A stretch of 64,000 bases of DNA from Carcharhinus longimanus (Eukaryota). The position numbers and the translations under genes are program-made. The stretch is taken from NCBI GenBank assembly GCA_030264375.1, contig JASCQW010000119.1, positions 8,220,817 to 8,284,816 on the forward strand, in the 5' to 3' direction. Below, in pieces: positions 37,721 to 50,358 of the stretch; position 1 is the stretch's first letter, and each line of letters begins with the position of its first letter. A model generated the notes under the pieces. That model worked only from the letters and a program-made list of their open reading frames with translations, was not told the origin of the DNA and searched no databases.

Positions 37721-38799
37721 TGTTCTGTGGTTACGCTGGCCAAAAACAAATCAGGCAAATGGAACTCATTCAGTTGGAGTACTGTTTCCAATACGTGCTC
37801 AGTTTATAAGTTATTTGAGGGAATTGACGCAGAGAATTTGCTGTGTTTTTAGTCTGAAGTGTCCTTGACAAGCAAGGAGATTCGAGAAAGAACAATCGCT
37901 CAATTAATTGTGGTGTTGACAAAACGATGAATTGAACGTTTACTTTCCTTTGGCAGGAATGGGCATCGCTTTACAGGAAAAGGAAAAAGAAGTACAGGCA
38001 TAAGGCTGACCCAACACAAAGAATGGAATAAGCTGTTCGATATAATTCACATCACAATGCTGATAAAGGAATCCACCGGGATCAATTAAATCGTCAAGAA
38101 AGGGGATTGATTCATTTTGGTGATTGAGGCAAACAGTTTATTTTGGAAACAATTACTTTTAGTACCTTCGCGTCAGGGTGCCACCTTTAGAAAAAAAAAT
38201 ACAAATTAGTGTCTCTTTATAAATGCTCATCAAATCTAATTGTGTCCTTACATGTCAAATTCACGTATTGAGCCTGAGGGTCATAAAATGTAGCCCACAT
38301 TTGCTGAGGAAATGCAACTCCGCGTAATTTGAACTACAGAAAGTGACGCACCAATACCCGAAAATCATTCGCTGGTGTGGTGGTCAGAACAAAGTCTGTG
38401 GGTTGCATTTTGCATTGTTTCAAAAACTCACTTAATACGTCAGAGATTAGAGAGGCTTAAACAATATTTATGTCACCCAAATACCATACATATGTAATGG
38501 AACATGAATTTCAAAAAAAAAAATAGAAGCTTAGAATCATAAACAGACAGAAAAAAAAATAGAAGCGTGCACAAACTCTTTCTCGAATACAGTCAGAATC
38601 TTAAACCTCACAACATTCTGGAGCAGAGAATTTACCACTCATTGAATGAAGAGTCATTAACTCATGTCATTACGCCACCGATCGTTGGGTACCTGCAGCC
38701 TTAAATTCAAAAGTTTATCCATTATTCACAAATAAGGCTTATATTAAAACGGCAAAAAAGATCTGTCAAATACACCGAGTCGTCACAGTTCGGCATTTC

Positions 38800-38965
38800 T
38801 TCGGGACAATGCATTTAACTAGCACATCTTTCAGAATATGCAACAAAACCAAAGTATCCGTAGGAAACCCAGGCAGACATAGGGAGAACGTGCAAAATCC
38901 ACGCAGGCAGTGACTCAAGCCGAAAGTCGATCGCCTGGCCCTGCGAAGCAGCGCTGCTAATCATA
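38800..38965 (-). mobile_element. Degenerate V-SINE
   Basis: 'ggaaacccaggcagacatagggagaacgtgcaaaatccacgcaggcagtgactcaagcc' is the reverse complement of the V-domain and head. Confidence 0.75.
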
Positions 38966-41900
38966 GACGCGTTTATTGACTCTTAACATAAACATTGCTA
39001 GACGCCATCCATGAAATATTAGCTCTCTAATGAACTACGCAGAAGAATAACTCCCACTCGAACGAAATGGCTGGAGTGGTTCTGACGTTGGAGAAAAAAA
39101 AACACACTCAGCATTTATAGTCAATTACAACAAATCAGGAACAAACGATTATTTCACACCGTTCATTGACGTACATATTTGTCAATGAAATCTTAGCATT
39201 CCGCCCTTTCCCGTGCGGAAAAAAAAAATACTTTTGCTCATCCTTTATTTGCATAGCACATCCGCATTTCATCCCCCTTTGGTATCTGTTATGGAAGCAA
39301 AAATCTGATCTCGAACACTCTCCGATGAAGCTCAAAAAAACCAAAATGCGCTGAGGCCTACGTTAGACCAGATTAATTTGAAGAAGACAAGTTCCCTTGA
39401 AGATATGCAACTGGTAACATTCTCACACACGATTACAGTGAAGACATCTTTTTTTTTTAATCTGAGCATTTTAGGTACCACGAGTCCTCTATGGTCTCAC
39501 CCATTATCTTCCGTCCGGCTTCATTTGTTCTACATCAATCAAGCAGAGCAGAACATCCTGACTGCACCTCGTCTCTCTACGCCAGTTTGATTTAAATTAG
39601 TTTCCATCACATGTCTTGTTTATTCTTCTAATATGTCGTATGTAACCACAGTCTCAACTTTCATTCTAGACCAGATGATTGATAAAAATCAGCGTCAACT
39701 GATAATAAATTTCAAATAAAGTACAGCAGGCAATTTCAGAAACTCAGTAAAGCATTGCGAAATGTTGCCAAGGTGGAATTCTCAATGTCCTACAATGCTG
39801 TGAAGTGCACAATGGTCGAGACTGTTGTGGAGAAAATGTTATTATCTACAGTAAACCGACATCCATGGCTAGCAACATGATAAAAAAAAGTAACTCCCGA
39901 ACATCAAGGGGAGCCGATGGAATGTTGAACAATGACACTCGGGGCAGCGGTAAAACCGGAGGGTGAACGGGAGAGATGGCATGGGTAGCACATTAAGTGT
40001 TGTCAGACCACCAAATTATGATGTGTTATGATGATTATTATGATGATTATTTTAAAACAGGAATGTTCAGATGACATTTGCTTTCTTACTAACATGTTAA
40101 CAGTCCTTAAATTCTGCAAATGTCCAAACAAATTTGAAAATTAATACAATGGCAAGTGTTCTGAAGCAAGAAGGAAATCATACAGCATTTAGTTTATCAT
40201 CTGATATCTGAAGAAAGCTGTAGACTATTTGCAAGGCTTCCATTGAAATACACTTAGAATATCGCAACACGATGAAGTAAATTGTATTTTTAATGAAACC
40301 ATTTTAAACAAATACTTCGCCAAACCATTTTGAGATATTTAACACATAAACTGGTAAGTCACGTTTTTTTTGTTAGAGATGAAGGATAGAAATAGAATCG
40401 CCGTGCAATGTCACTACCCGAATGTCTTTCACTGTTTGACGCTACGAACAAAGATTGACGACTTAGATGCAATGTTCCTTACCGTTATCTTCAAACAATT
40501 ATTGATCCTGAAGAGCAAGTGGAGAGAATTCTGGCTATCTACCCATATGCTGCTCCCAGCAGAAAGGACAGTTGAGTCATCGAATTTATCACACAATTTG
40601 CCAGTATTTTATCATTGCTACGAGCACGGCTGTGCATAATTTGGGAGATACCAGTATCAGGTTTAATTCCTTATGTTCTTTCTTGATGGTTCATTCAAAA
40701 TCTGCTTGCGTAGTTTGGCCATCAATGTGTAACTATGTCAATTTATCAAGCGACAAATACTTGTGAAGTCAGGGTAAAAAAAAGCGAAACGTGTGCAAGC
40801 ATTCCCTTATATATGTACGGCATGTTGAAACAATTTGTGTTATATCTTCCTTCGAAGATTGAGTTCAAGGCAGCAGGAAGACGCGCCCAAGACTGTTAAA
40901 GCTGGAGGAGTAATCCAATGTGACATTACGTCAAGACTGTAAAATCCTGTTGTTGTCCCTGAGATACAATTAACCAGAAAATTAAGATGCATCAAATGAG
41001 TTGAGTACAGTTATGGATAATGAATAGTTTGTGATCTCTGTAAGCAGAACTAAGTAATGTCAACGTTGCCCTGGGTAGAACTGAAAGGTGGAGCATGCCA
41101 AGTGAACTCTATGCGGTATTATTATTACTAATGCTTTGGCTTATAAAATGTAAATAATATTCCACACCGTGGATATTGAAGGACGATTGGTGAGCTTGAA
41201 ATCTGCAATGCAGTAAAGAAATTTCATAACAAACAATGAAATAATGCAATGAAATGTGTTAACATCTGGTTAGCTTTCTTCACATATTAATGACATTCAC
41301 AAAAATAGCGGGTAATGCTATTTTTTCCAATCTATATGAATTAAACATGATTTCAATAATTATACAGAATGCCTTGAGCTTTAATGCATTAGTAATACAA
41401 TTCGTATGAAATACTGATTTATTCTCTTAAATAATGTTATTTGCTGTTCAGAAAACGTTTTGAAACAAAAGAATGAAGGTAAAATTCTCAAACCATTGTC
41501 TGAATGTGTCGGTTTTGCATTATATTAGCATCGTTTACATAAGCATTTTTTGCATACGTTTTAATGTGCTTTTAATGCACTTTGCCATTTTACAATAGCT
41601 GACTCACCTGTGACCCATATGTGATCAAAATCTCTTTTGATCTCACTATATATTTGAATAACGTGAAATATAACTTCGTGTCATCCAGACAACCAGCTGT
41701 CTTCCAGTAAACATGCAACAACTTCCAAAAAGGTTTCTAAAAAAAAGATACACACATCGAACAAATCAAAACAGATACTGAAACACTTAAGTCCAATTAT
41801 GGTGCTCCAGCAGGATGGCTATGCTGCTGCACGCAGTTTAAGCGTCCCATAATAAAAGGAAATAGCTACAGCGGAGCCTGATACAAAACAAAACATGACA

Positions 41901-43469
41901 AATCCTTGAATGAAGGCAAAACATGACGAGTACATTTTTTTTAATTAATACACATTACCGGCAGAAATCTAAATTAATTACTACTTTCTGGTGACCGAAT
42001 AACATATTCAATTAAAATAGGAAACGTGCTGATCAAATTGTTCTTATGTAATTCATTCAAACTAATAATTCTGCCTGGACAACAATCTTTGCTCATTCCT
42101 GTTTGTTCTCGAGAAAGTAATGGCAGCTGTCTTCTTGAACTGTTGGATTCCCTGAAGTGTAATTATACACAACATGATTTTAGGAAGGGAGTTGCAGGAT
42201 TTTCCGTGGATGAAATATATTCCTAAGTCAGGATGTTGAGTTTTGCAAGGCCCACGAGGTGCTGCTTTTCTGATGTATCAGTTTTTGTTCTACCGTTTTT
42301 GGGAATAGTGTCCGTTTGGTTAGTGCTGTCAAAGGAAAGCTGCTGTGGATCTTGTGGTTGGAATATATAAAAAAAATAATGGCTACTCTTGATCGACTCC
42401 GGTGCAGGGCTTGAATCATTTTGAATTGAACAGCAGTCAGGTGTGCTTCTTTGGCCAGGATTCTTCGCTGTTGTTGGAGATGTATTCTTGGAAACGTATG
42501 TCTTGTTGATGGTGCACTGGTTCTGCAGAGTAAGGAAGTAAGGGCCTAGTCGTAGGGTTCATTACCTTCAACTTGCTTCTTCGATCAAAGTTGTTGCATG
42601 GCGATTCCAATTTAGTTTCTTGACAACAATTACACACATTTTGTTGATGAGGACAATTCTACACTGGTAATACGATTGGATATCTGTCGATACTGGAAAT
42701 TTCAACAATGGTGATAACTTAAAACGTTGCAGTGCCATGGAAAAATCCTTTCCAGTTTGGCATGCTCATTGATTGGCAACATTATGGCACAATGCATTTG
42801 TCCGCTTGTCAGCCAAAGCCTGGATGGGATGAATTGATTTGGTACCTATGAAACTCAAAACAAAAAAAAAAGAGGTCATTCATAAGAAAATACCTCCAGT
42901 TATGATGGAAGGAAGGTCACATAAGAAGCAACAGAAAGTTTATGTGTTCAGACAATCTCTGGGCATCTCCTGCAATGATGTGCTGGAGCTGAAATAGTTG
43001 GCGTGCAGTCACTGCTAACAACTTCCTTTATGCGAGATTTGACTCTGAGCATTGGCGTGTTTCCAGCTGATATCCATGAAACAGTTTTATATTCAGGGAC
43101 AGCTTTTCATGTATCTTATCGGAATGTTTCAGGTTTTTGTACAGTTTCTAATTGTATTGTGATTATAATATTTATTGTTTCTGTTGCGAATGTGTCTGTT
43201 TTTGCTACGAGTTCTACTTTATTGTTGCAACGAGTTTTGGAGCAAAAACTGATGTGCAGGGCCGTACAACAATCCAGAATCAGGGAACATATGATCTATT
43301 GATCCATCATAGCGTATTTTGTAATGCTACTTCAGTAATGGTTTACAATAAATTGGCGCTTTTTCTTGCCGGGATTTTGTGCACGGAATGTGTTGCGTGG
43401 CCGTTAAAGAACCAAATGAATTCCATAAATTGTAACAGTAGACTTAGATGACTCAGCCGTGCAAAAGGT

Positions 43470-43718
43470 ACGGAGGGGGAGGAGTTTGTAAAGTGTGTTT
43501 TGGAAGGGTCTCTAGAGCAGTATGTAACCAGTCCGACTAGGGGNNNNNNNNNNNNNNNNNNNNNNNNNNNNNNNNNNNNNNNNNNNNNNNNNNNNNNNNN
43601 NNNNNNNNNNNNNNNNNNNNNNNNNNNNNNNNNNNNNNNNNNNTGATGTGGCGGCGCGGGCTTGTTGGGCCGAAGGGCCTGTTTCCCGTGCTGGGTTGTT
43701 CTTTGTTCTTTGTTCTTT
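43470..43718 (+). mobile_element. CR1 (gttcttt tail) collapsed across a gap
   Basis: Endonuclease-region EGEEFVKCVLEGSLEQYVTSPTRG before the gap; tail 'gggccgaagggcctgtttcccgtgctg..gttctttgttcttt' after it. Confidence 0.85.
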
Positions 43719-46194
43719 AAGAAGCCTGGATTACCGCGCGTACTGTATTATCCCATCATCTGTCCCACTGCACCCCTGCCCCCGTCCCACGCTTTTGTTG
43801 ATGTTGTTCATGCTTATTTTTTGCAGAGTTAGCCAAGATGGTCGAAAAAGTTAAAGACTTTGGTGAGATAATACGGTCAATGACCTGCGTACAGTTATGA
43901 TAATGGAAGTTAATACTGACAATTCGTCAGCATGTTCAACTTTCATGGGAGGAGACAGAGACATTAAAATCTTGGTGCGGGCATAGACACTCAGAACCTG
44001 TAAGCAGCTCAGATATTTTGCTACATGTTGGATTATCTTAAATCCACCTCTCACAATATCCCCATGCTCCATTTTTTTTTTCCCTTTCGTCGACAAATGT
44101 ATCCACATTTGCTTTGAGCTAAATCTGTGAAAGCAATCGCAGACGATGTTGGTAAATATTGCAAATATTCAGCACAATTTTACTGAAACAAATCATTATT
44201 TCGGGCATTTTGAGAATGCAGACCTTGGACTACGAGCACTCCCGCACCCATGGACTCGCATGTTAATAATAGCAAACAAAAAAAAAATTAGCGGGAAGGC
44301 AAACTGCCTGCAGCTAGAGTGTGGCGAATTTGAAGTAGGAGATGTAGTCATGTGGCACCATCTCTCGTTCGCCTAAATTCTATTGAAATCAGGCCCAAAC
44401 TGGCCTTTTTTTTTTCATTAATAGCATCCTCCTCCAAATCTCTTTAACTCCCTCTCTTGGCAATACATCATTCCGTATGGATGCAGACAAATTACGTACA
44501 CAATAGCCGAGGTGTCTTCACGCAAAAGTGATTTGTCACTTTTATGGCAACTCATCTGAACCACTGTCCTTAAAGCCCCTGGAAATAATGAACAACATTC
44601 AATTTGTTTTTCAATTCCTTTTGGACATATTACACTTTCCAATTGTTCCCTTTAAACTATAGCAATGATTTCTGGATAAAGGCATTCTGGAATCTCTCAC
44701 CATATGATAGGTGTTTTAACATTTTTTTTGATAATAGTGAGTTATTTGAAATTGTTTCACATTTTACTTCAAGTTACATAATTTTACACCTTCAGTTCGA
44801 GGAAGCATAAATCTCATGAAAACCTTTTCTTCCGCTTCACAAATTACAACCCCTCAGTTTATTTTTCATCAGCAAACCTGGAAACACGGCAAGGCATCCA
44901 AAAAAAAGATAATAATTGGGCTAGCTGGGATGGAAATTTTTTTTGCACACTACTGACTGGATGCAGGCAAACTAAAGAAGATGTGTAAATCCCAAATTCT
45001 TTGCTTCCTGGACGTACCGCAAAATCTCATCCATGAAATTGGATTTACGCTGATTCAATTTGGTCCAAACTCCANNNNNNNNNNGCGAAACATTATGCAA
45101 CAGGCTGGTAATTCTCTTGTTTATATTTATATGTTATCATAACAGTATACTCTGTGCACATTTATTAACTCTATTATTTTGTTCAGTTGGGTATAAGCCA
45201 GCATTTTTCTTTTCGCTCATCCCTTTCTCAATTGAATGGAATGTCTTTCTGGAACAATCAGTTTAAGTGATAACATAACGAGAGATAACAGATCCAGGAC
45301 AGTTCAGCATTTTTGCAGATAATTTTTCAGAAATTAATTCCATGCTTTACGTCTGCAATTGGAAATCCAAGAACTGCTATTGTGAATGTTAACTGGGTTC
45401 CATAGAACAACATTCTAGGTGTCTGGATTTGTTGTGAAGTGACAGTATCAATTTCTCACTCCTGTGCATCCTTCTTACATGAGATAACAAGAAACTGTAA
45501 TAGACGGCAATAGTTTAGATGCCAACATATACCTTGCATCGGACCAACTGAAAACATCATTTGAACGCCTATTTTGTAAGTTTAGTCAATGAAATGCAAG
45601 GAGAGGATTTCAATCCCTGATGCTATTACTTGTCTGCAGTCCATGTATTTTCATAACCGAACCCGCTAAATTCAACATACTTCTGTGTTTCCTTCTGCGT
45701 TTAGAACATAAAATGAAAAACTGTGAGCAAGGTAAACACGTGTGAAAATATTTATTGGTTGATTATTGGTTGCATGTGAGACGAAGTCATTCAGCAATAA
45801 GAAATTTCGTCAGTGCAGTAGTAAGCCCATAATCATAATTACTATGCATCGACGTGAAGCTTGGCGAAAATATAAAAGTTTTGCTACGTTGTAATTAATG
45901 TCATTCATGATTGCACGGTGCATGATCACAAAAAAAACTCTGAAATATGAATCATTGTATCGAGGACTGGGGAAAATCAATTCCACGACCAGTTTTGCTG
46001 CTTGACATCAATTCCGCTAAGATCTTTCCATTTATCGAATAAATGATCAGTACACATGACCAATGTGTTTACCTGCAGTAGTGATTCATTCGGCTGACGA
46101 TGGTGTGCTGGCGGCTGACCTGAACTTTCTGGAATCAAAACTGCCATAGTCAGTTTTGATTCCAGATCTTCAACTAACCTAAAACAACTTGGTA

Positions 46195-46390
46195 CAATAA
46201 GCGGAAATTTAGCATGGCCAATCCGCCTATCCTGCACATATTTGGAGTTTGGTGGAAACTGGAGCACCCGGAGGAAAACACACAGACATGGGAGAAGGTG
46301 AAAAGTCGACCGAGAAATTCACCAATGATCATAATTGAAAGCGGGCACCTGGCATTACGAAGCTGAACTGTGCTACCCTGCTGCACCGTC
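46195..46390 (-). mobile_element. Degenerate V-SINE
   Basis: 'aatttagcatggccaatccgcctatcctgcacatatttgga..ggaaactggagcacccggaggaaaacacacagacatgggagaa'. Confidence 0.8.
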
Positions 46391-49300
46391 ATATATTGTG
46401 TTTTTTTTCCCCAGAGAACACATGCAGCCAGTTGCTCAGTTCGACACAAAAAAAAATATATTTTTATTGAGTTTTCGAAATCCTTTCGAATGTGCGTGAC
46501 TGAAATAGGAATATTATCCAAAGTGTCAAGCTTATAGTTGCAAATCTTTGCTGCAATTAAAACACATGTTACACCCATAGCTGCCAAGATGCAGTAATAT
46601 GCTATTGTTTCTGTAGGGCAAAAAAAAATCGCATTTCAGCCATATTATCATGGATCACAGTGTAGTCTGTAGCAGTATCATTGGCAACCTGATCCAAAAC
46701 AGAAATAATTGTTTCAATATCGATTGACAATCTCATATACGCGTAGAGCGGAATCATTACACCAAGGAAGTTGTCTATTTCCGCAAGAACATTTTTTTTC
46801 CAAGATAGGAGATGGTAAGTATGATAAACATGAGGGAGAGAATACACAATGTAGCACGGCACTTCAACTTGATAGGTTGCCATGGATGTGTCTTGTTTCC
46901 ATAAATTCAATATGTGCCAATAAAAGTTGGATATTTGTGTTCAACCGAAAAACAAGGTGGAATATTCCAGGTTCGATCATTAATTGATAAATACATACAT
47001 ATCATCTCTCTATCGTGTTGATCCTTGCTTATGCCTTAGGCCACTAAACCATTCTTTTTTTTCATTCTCAACATACAATGTCCCTTTCAGTTTCGATTCG
47101 CATTATTTAAGATACAGCTGTTTGCTGGACTGAATGCGCTAAAAATAAAGATGAAAACCTAATGATGTAATCTTGCCCATTGATGTAAGATCTGTTTCTA
47201 TAATGGACTATGAAATCACAAGTGGCAGGAAAACCCGATGCTGCGATTATATGATCACTAAAAGGCTGAGTAATCTTGTCACACACAATTCAGTCTGACC
47301 ATGACAGGTACCCTGCGCGCAAAGGCATTCTTCCCTCAGAATGCATAGCAATGTGCGAGCAAACCCAACTATTCAGCGTACTGGCAGTTTCAGCGTAAGT
47401 GCCTGCCATACGGAAATACTTACTAGTATACAGTTCTCGATGGATTGTGCATATCAAACATAGTAAAATTAACAGTATGGAATGGAACATTTTACAATAA
47501 TTTTCATAATTATCGTCTGACAGTCTCCATATTCTCTTTCATATCTCAAACGTGGAGGAAAGATACAAAATCATTCACATAATCATGCCACAATTAGAGT
47601 GCCTTTAATTTCAAGTCTGGAGCTTGACAATCTAACTCAGAACTTGAATATTGGATTTCGTGTTCTCTTGGCATCGTAGCATATGGGTATGATCATGGAA
47701 ATCCTATAAACATAAACAAACTGTCCTGAGACATTACGTTATTATCGCATTAACTAAATCATTTCTATTTCATCTAAGTTAATAACCTCTTAAATTCATG
47801 TTGTCATGATCTGGCCTAATATAGTAGTTCGTCTGCAAATGCAAATCATCCCTGTTATCACTGTTGTGGCTACAAAAGCGTTGATGGTCCCCTGCTCCAC
47901 AAGATCAACCACCACAGTCGCAACATTGTTTTGACTGGATTCCTCATTCGGATTTCACCTGTGTCCTATTTTGACATCGCTTACTATAATTCTCATCAAT
48001 CAGGATACTCGTTTGTCTTGTGATTATTATGCTAAAAGGTCCCTGCTATCGGACCCCTCGCCATTTAGGAGCTATCATGATTTGAACTATTATCTTCGGG
48101 TGTAGGTTATTTAAAAGTGTTTTCTTTTGCGAATTCTATTCATTCTCTGTTCTGCTTTTGAATGATTACCTGCTTTTGACCAACTTCAACTTCTCCTTCT
48201 CGTGCTATTCGATCCTTTAGGAGGTTCATTGCTCTCCAAGACATCAATTGAAAAAAAAAAGTTTATTCCTGTTCCTCAAGATGGAGCAGCTCGTTGTCGC
48301 AGTAATATTGCTGGCAAAGCCTGCATTCAATTGTTTCCTTCTTCCTTTTAACTTTGGCTAAACTATTACTCGGTATCGCATTCATTTCCTTTTTTCTCTA
48401 CCTTTGTTGAACTCTCTAGGTAAAACGGCATGTGTAATCTCTTTTATCTGTAACATTTGGCAGACTTCTCCTCAATCTTTTACTGTTAATTGAGTTCCCT
48501 GGCTTGAGGTTAAGAGAAGCGCCATTCCCTAACTATTGCCTCATTCACCAATAATAAAGCTGCAGTTTTGGCTGTGCCGTATTTGCATAGGAAGGCTTCA
48601 ACCCATCGAGCAAACTGATCAATAATTACTAAAGAATATGAACTTTTCTTAATCTGTGATATCCATTTGCAAATATCTCCTGGGGTCTTTGGCCTCGGCT
48701 GTTTTCCTATTTTAACGCGAAATTGACGGCCTGATTCCGCTAAGGCCATAAGTGGATTCCACTAAGAATCGTTGACAGAATGTTGTTATTGGTTCCCCAG
48801 TGCCGTTCTACAAGCAACCGTTTCCAACTAAGTTGGGCATCTTATCTCTGCTTTTATGATATTTTCCATGTTGCACTTTTAATAAGGGTAGCAGTACTCT
48901 TTCTTGTGCGTTTTTTTTTATTTGTTTCCAGAATGCACCTTCTCAGTAATTCTGCTCCCCCCCACCCCCCCGCCCCCCACCTTGTGACTCCCACTTCAGC
49001 TTCTCTTCCTCGGACGCTTGTTGCTATGCGTGCATCTGAGTAATTATTGTATTATTACCAACTTGCAGTGCTGCAACTATGTTATTCACGTTCCTTCTCA
49101 ATGATGATCTAATATATATTTTACTGCTCTGTCAGCTTGACTCTTCCCCTTCTGGGTTTGACTGATATAAAATGGACTTTGTAACGCAGCTGCTTCTTAG
49201 GTACTATGGTCTTCATGCAGTGTATACTTAACAAAATTATCATGCTAGGCATGTTCACCGCTTAAGGTAATTCAACACTTTCTATCATATGGTCAATAAT

Positions 49301-49489
49301 TACCCAAAGGCATATCGCCTCTCTGTGTAGTTATTAATTCGTCTTCCTGCACTCCATTCTAAAGCATTAGTTAAAGCTAACAGCTCTGATACCTGCGCTG
49401 AATTACGCCCTGATATTTGTTCTCCTGCATCACATTCCAATGTCCATGCATCGGAATGTTCACCATCAATGTACTTTGTAGTTCCATCT

Positions 49490-50259
49490 GCTGCTGTGAA
49501 AATCCAGAGCTGTTTCCGAGGGTTTAAGGTTCGAGCACATATCAGGTACCTGCAGAAAATAGCGATCATCATCCAGGAAACATGGTGTGGATATTGTTAC
49601 AGGATGCATTTCAGAACCATGGTGCAGAGAGCATATTTTATCATGAAGATGAATTTCTACAATGAAATGGCTGCCAGGATACAGAAAAGTTGGCGTTGGA
49701 TATTATGTTCGAAAATGCATCCATAATTACTATGACATGAAAAAATATTTCAAAAGTCTTCGCATGAAAAATCAGATCATAAGGAAAGAACTGGAGGAGT
49801 ATGAAGAGACAAAAAAAATGAACGGGGGAAAAAAAAAGCTATAGAAGTGTAAGCGAGGAGAAAACAATACGAAGCCCGAAAGATGCATTTCCTCCTCATC
49901 ACTGAGCAGCTTCCAGGTATTTATAACTCTACATATTTGCTGTGTCCGAATGAAATGGATTGTAGGTTACAACAGGTCAGACTATTGACTCCGAATAAAC
50001 CTTGGAAGAAGGACACCACCGAGGGTCCTGTGGATCCATCAATGCCTGACATTCCATGCCCCTTTCCTCCATACGAGCTGTTGCCACTTGTAGGCAGAAA
50101 GAAACCACAGGATCCCTTTGGCGACATTGCTGAAGTATTGCAACAGCGCTACATGTCTTAGGGGCCAACCTTGCGGGTGGCAGCAACAATCACATCGGAG
50201 AAAGAAGCCAGAGAGGAGATGAAAAGAGAAGAATGGAGAAATCGTGTACACGATGGAAC
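49490..50259 (+). pseudogene. SPATA17: Processed (intronless) SPATA17 retropseudogene, 5'- and 3'-truncated, with IQ motifs
   Basis: Joined frames give AAVKIQSCFRGFKVRAHIRYL..AYFIMKMNFYNEMAARIQKSWR/GYYVRKCIHNYY..NQIIRKELEEYEE../..YEARKMHFLLITEQLPGIYNS..LLPLVGRKKPQDPFGDIAEVLQQRYMS*GPTLRVA..AREEMKREEWRNRVHD. This is collinear with vertebrate SPATA17 as I recall it. No introns; frameshifts at ~49696 and ~49815-49840; stops at ~49849 and ~50159. Confidence 0.92.
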
Positions 50260-50358
50260 AGTTTAGGTTAGAGGATTATTAGATTCGTTCAACTGGTCGG
50301 TGCAACATCGAGGGGCGATGGGCCTGTACTGCGCTGTAACGTTCTATCTATTCTATCT
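50260..50358 (+). mobile_element. CR1 3' terminal ~100 nt fused to the SPATA17 retrocopy
   Basis: By hand alignment, 77 of 87 nt are identical to the CR1 tail at 37624-37710; ends in ttctatct repeats. Confidence 0.92.

Noticed and set aside
41301-41326. Hairpin aaaaatagc-gggtaat-gctattttt resembling an intrinsic terminator
   Set aside because: Eukaryotic context, A/T-driven stem, expected by chance.
49469-50161. Functional SPATA17 gene or ERV-IQ fusion ORF (ORFs 49469-49726, 49662-49844, 49883-50161)
   Set aside because: At least two frameshifts and two stops, both ends are missing, and the ATG at 49469 comes from antisense ERV sequence.
49490-50259. Retroviral transduction of SPATA17 (oncogene-style capture by the ERV)
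   Set aside because: The insert is antisense to the provirus, splits the RNase H FYVDG motif cleanly and ends in a CR1 tail. It is a later LINE-mediated insertion.
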